Positions 62,169 through 64,000 of a stretch of DNA of 64,000 bases are shown piece by piece. Position numbers and translations under genes: made by a program. The stretch is from Bacteroidota bacterium (lineage in GTDB: Bacteria > Bacteroidota > Bacteroidia > Bacteroidales > Paludibacteraceae): contig JAEWAN010000023.1 in NCBI GenBank assembly GCA_023391625.1, positions 31,002 to 95,001 of the forward strand, in the 5' to 3' direction. The notes beneath the pieces are model-generated. The model ran no database searches, was not told the origin of the DNA, and saw only the letters and a program-made list of their open reading frames with translations. Numbering within the stretch: position 1 is the stretch's first letter; every line of letters starts with the position of its first letter.

Positions 62169-63860
62169 TTATTTTAGATATTGTTTGAAGAAAGCGTCCA
62201 GTTTGGGAAGAGTAATTTTCAGATATTCCGGTTGGTCGTACAAATCCACGTGAGTGGCTTTGGGTACGACGAACAACTCTTTCGGTTCAGCAGCTTTCTC
62301 GTATGCGTCTTCCGAGAAATATTTCGATACGGCATTTTCTCCCACGATGAAAAGGATCGGACGTGGAGATATGGTCTCGATTTGTGCGAACGGGAAGAAG
62401 TTCATCATCGGTGCAAGGCTCGTGTAGGAGTAATAACCCGTAGAGTTAGGATGTTGCCCGCGTTGCGGATTGTCGTAATAATCGAGGAAGTCGATAGCAA
62501 ACTTCGGTGTGCTCTCATCCACTTTTTCGGGCAGGGCGCGAATATCTCGACGTGCGGCTCCGCCATATTCCGCCGTGCGCTGGCGACCGATTTCATTGAG
62601 AATCGCCATACGCTGCTCGTAGGTTTGCGTGTCGCCTACGCCTTGACGGCGGGCACGCCCCATGTCGTACATACTGATGGTGGCAAGAGCCTTGATACGA
62701 TGGTCTATCTGCGTAGCACTGACAGAGTAGCATCCTCCGCCACAAATACCGATTATACCTATCTTGTCGGCATCTACCGCCGGATGATTCGAGAGGAAAT
62801 CTACCGCCGCGCTGAAATCTTCCACCCGGACTTCGGGCGATTCTATGCGACGTGGATAACCGCCGCTCTCACCGTAATAGGATGCATCGAATGCTAATGT
62901 CACGTAACCCATTTCCGCCAGCTTACGGGTATGAAGTCCCGAAGTCTGCTCCTTAACACCGCCGAAAGGATGACCGATGATGATGGCGGCATATTTTTTT
63001 GCTGAATCGTAGTTTGTGGGGAAATAAAAATCTCCGACCACATCGATCAGAAAACGGTTGTGGAACGTGACTTTCTGTTTTTTTATGCCATTCTCCACTG
63101 CCACGACCGGTGTTTCCGGATTGGCGATCAATCCTTTATTTTTTAACAATTCGTTCAAAACCAGTCTGCCACCGTCAGCCTCGCTGCGTCCGACGTTCTT
63201 TTCGACGATAGCCAGCACACCGCGTAATTCATCCGGTGTTACGCCCACATTCAGTGCGATACCCATATGTCCTTTCAACATCGGTTCCACACCTTTGCCC
63301 AAAGAAGAGATTACGGCAACGGTTGTCAGTTCCCGTTCGGCATATGTCAGCACATCCCGCTCGAAGAGGTCGGCAAAGAGGTGTTCTTTCAGGAATACCT
63401 CGATTTCCGGAGCCAGTATAGCATAATCGGCTTTCGGTGCATCTGCCGGAACATTCGAAATTTCTGCAAGAATGTTGCGTCCACGCTCGTACTTGCTGCG
63501 GGTATCGGTTATCGGTGACGCTTCGCGTCCCCAGTTATCCTCAATACCTTTTGCCTTTCGTTCATCAAGTACTACAACCAAAGTCTGCAGTCCGCGCAGG
63601 GCACGCGGAAAACCGCAATAGGCATAGGCGTGTATCATTACTTCTTTAAGCTCACTGACGGTCATGCCATCATTCAGTCCGTCTATAAGGACGGGTTTTA
63701 GTTTGTCCAGGTCTCCCTTACAGGTAAGGGCTGCGATCTCTGCAATGTGTTGTCGTTTACTATTCATAGTTTGTTCTGATTTCGGTATTTGAGAGTCCGC
63801 AATTCCACATCCGAAAAGAATGCAGAATAGCGTTGGCATAATTCTCATTTTTATTTTCAT
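62169..63860 (-). CDS. Carboxymuconolactone decarboxylase-like plus alpha/beta-hydrolase fusion
   Basis: YAYCGFPR and EHLFAD CMD motifs; HPFGGVKEQ, GICGGG nucleophile elbow and HVDLYD. Confidence 0.85.
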   Translation of the reverse strand: MKIKMRIMPTLFCILFGCGIADSQIPKSEQTMNSKRQHIAEIAALTCKGDLDKLKPVLIDGLNDGMTVSELKEVMIHAYAYCGFPRALRGLQTLVVVLDERKAKGIEDNWGREASPITDTRSKYERGRNILAEISNVPADAPKADYAILAPEIEVFLKEHLFADLFERDVLTYAERELTTVAVISSLGKGVEPMLKGHMGIALNVGVTPDELRGVLAIVEKNVGRSEADGGRLVLNELLKNKGLIANPETPVVAVENGIKKQKVTFHNRFLIDVVGDFYFPTNYDSAKKYAAIIIGHPFGGVKEQTSGLHTRKLAEMGYVTLAFDASYYGESGGYPRRIESPEVRVEDFSAAVDFLSNHPAVDADKIGIIGICGGGCYSVSATQIDHRIKALATISMYDMGRARRQGVGDTQTYEQRMAILNEIGRQRTAEYGGAARRDIRALPEKVDESTPKFAIDFLDYYDNPQRGQHPNSTGYYSYTSLAPMMNFFPFAQIETISPRPILFIVGENAVSKYFSEDAYEKAAEPKELFVVPKATHVDLYDQPEYLKITLPKLDAFFKQYLK

Positions 63861-64000
63861 ATTTTCTATTCTTTTAATTTTAAACTTTGCTTGTTAGGAG
63901 TGTGGAGCTTCTGTATAATTAGAATGAATTTCTGCTTCTATTTTTGGCTTGCAGTTTATTTTTGTTCTCTGTTTTATAGGTTGCAAAACTAGGTTGGATT

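Noticed and set aside
62181..62897. 238-aa + strand ORF
   Set aside because: Antisense shadow of the CMD-hydrolase gene.

Overview
64 kb of a Bacteroidales chromosome (TAnnTTTG -7 promoters, lipoproteins, a T9SS-type C-terminal domain, a TonB-dependent receptor). Core and accessory content: 3' part of tamB, subclass A2 class A beta-lactamase, alkaline phosphatase, tRNA-Ser(TGA), CatA-like acetyltransferase, perR-like/katA, NfeD-flotillin, flavodoxin-fold reductases, Mfa2-like fimbrial protein, metY/cysK with a divergent LuxR regulator, a SusC/D-less CAZyme cluster (GH43 x3, GH115, GH28), HelD-like ATPase, a TBDR cluster, an AT-rich islet beside tRNA-Phe (TIGR04141/DUF6119-like gene, orphan Rhs-like toxin tip plus immunity) and a CMD-hydrolase/cupin/flavodoxin cassette. 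The most notable item is a ~4.4 kb integrase-less conjugative-transposon remnant between tRNA-Ser and a 25-bp repeat of its 3' end. Its backbone genes (ardA, traO, traQ) are pseudogenes, but a two-gene AT-rich cargo is intact: a protein with a phage prohead-protease-like N-terminus and a TIR-like/NDT-like protein. This is a candidate undescribed anti-phage system. Also notable: an unannotated Cys/Met-rich leader peptide upstream of metY, an 18-bp operator at identical spacing upstream of the metY and cysK promoters, and 11-bp-periodic Pho-box-like arrays in the TBDR cluster. All family assignments come from motif recognition by eye; no searches were run.
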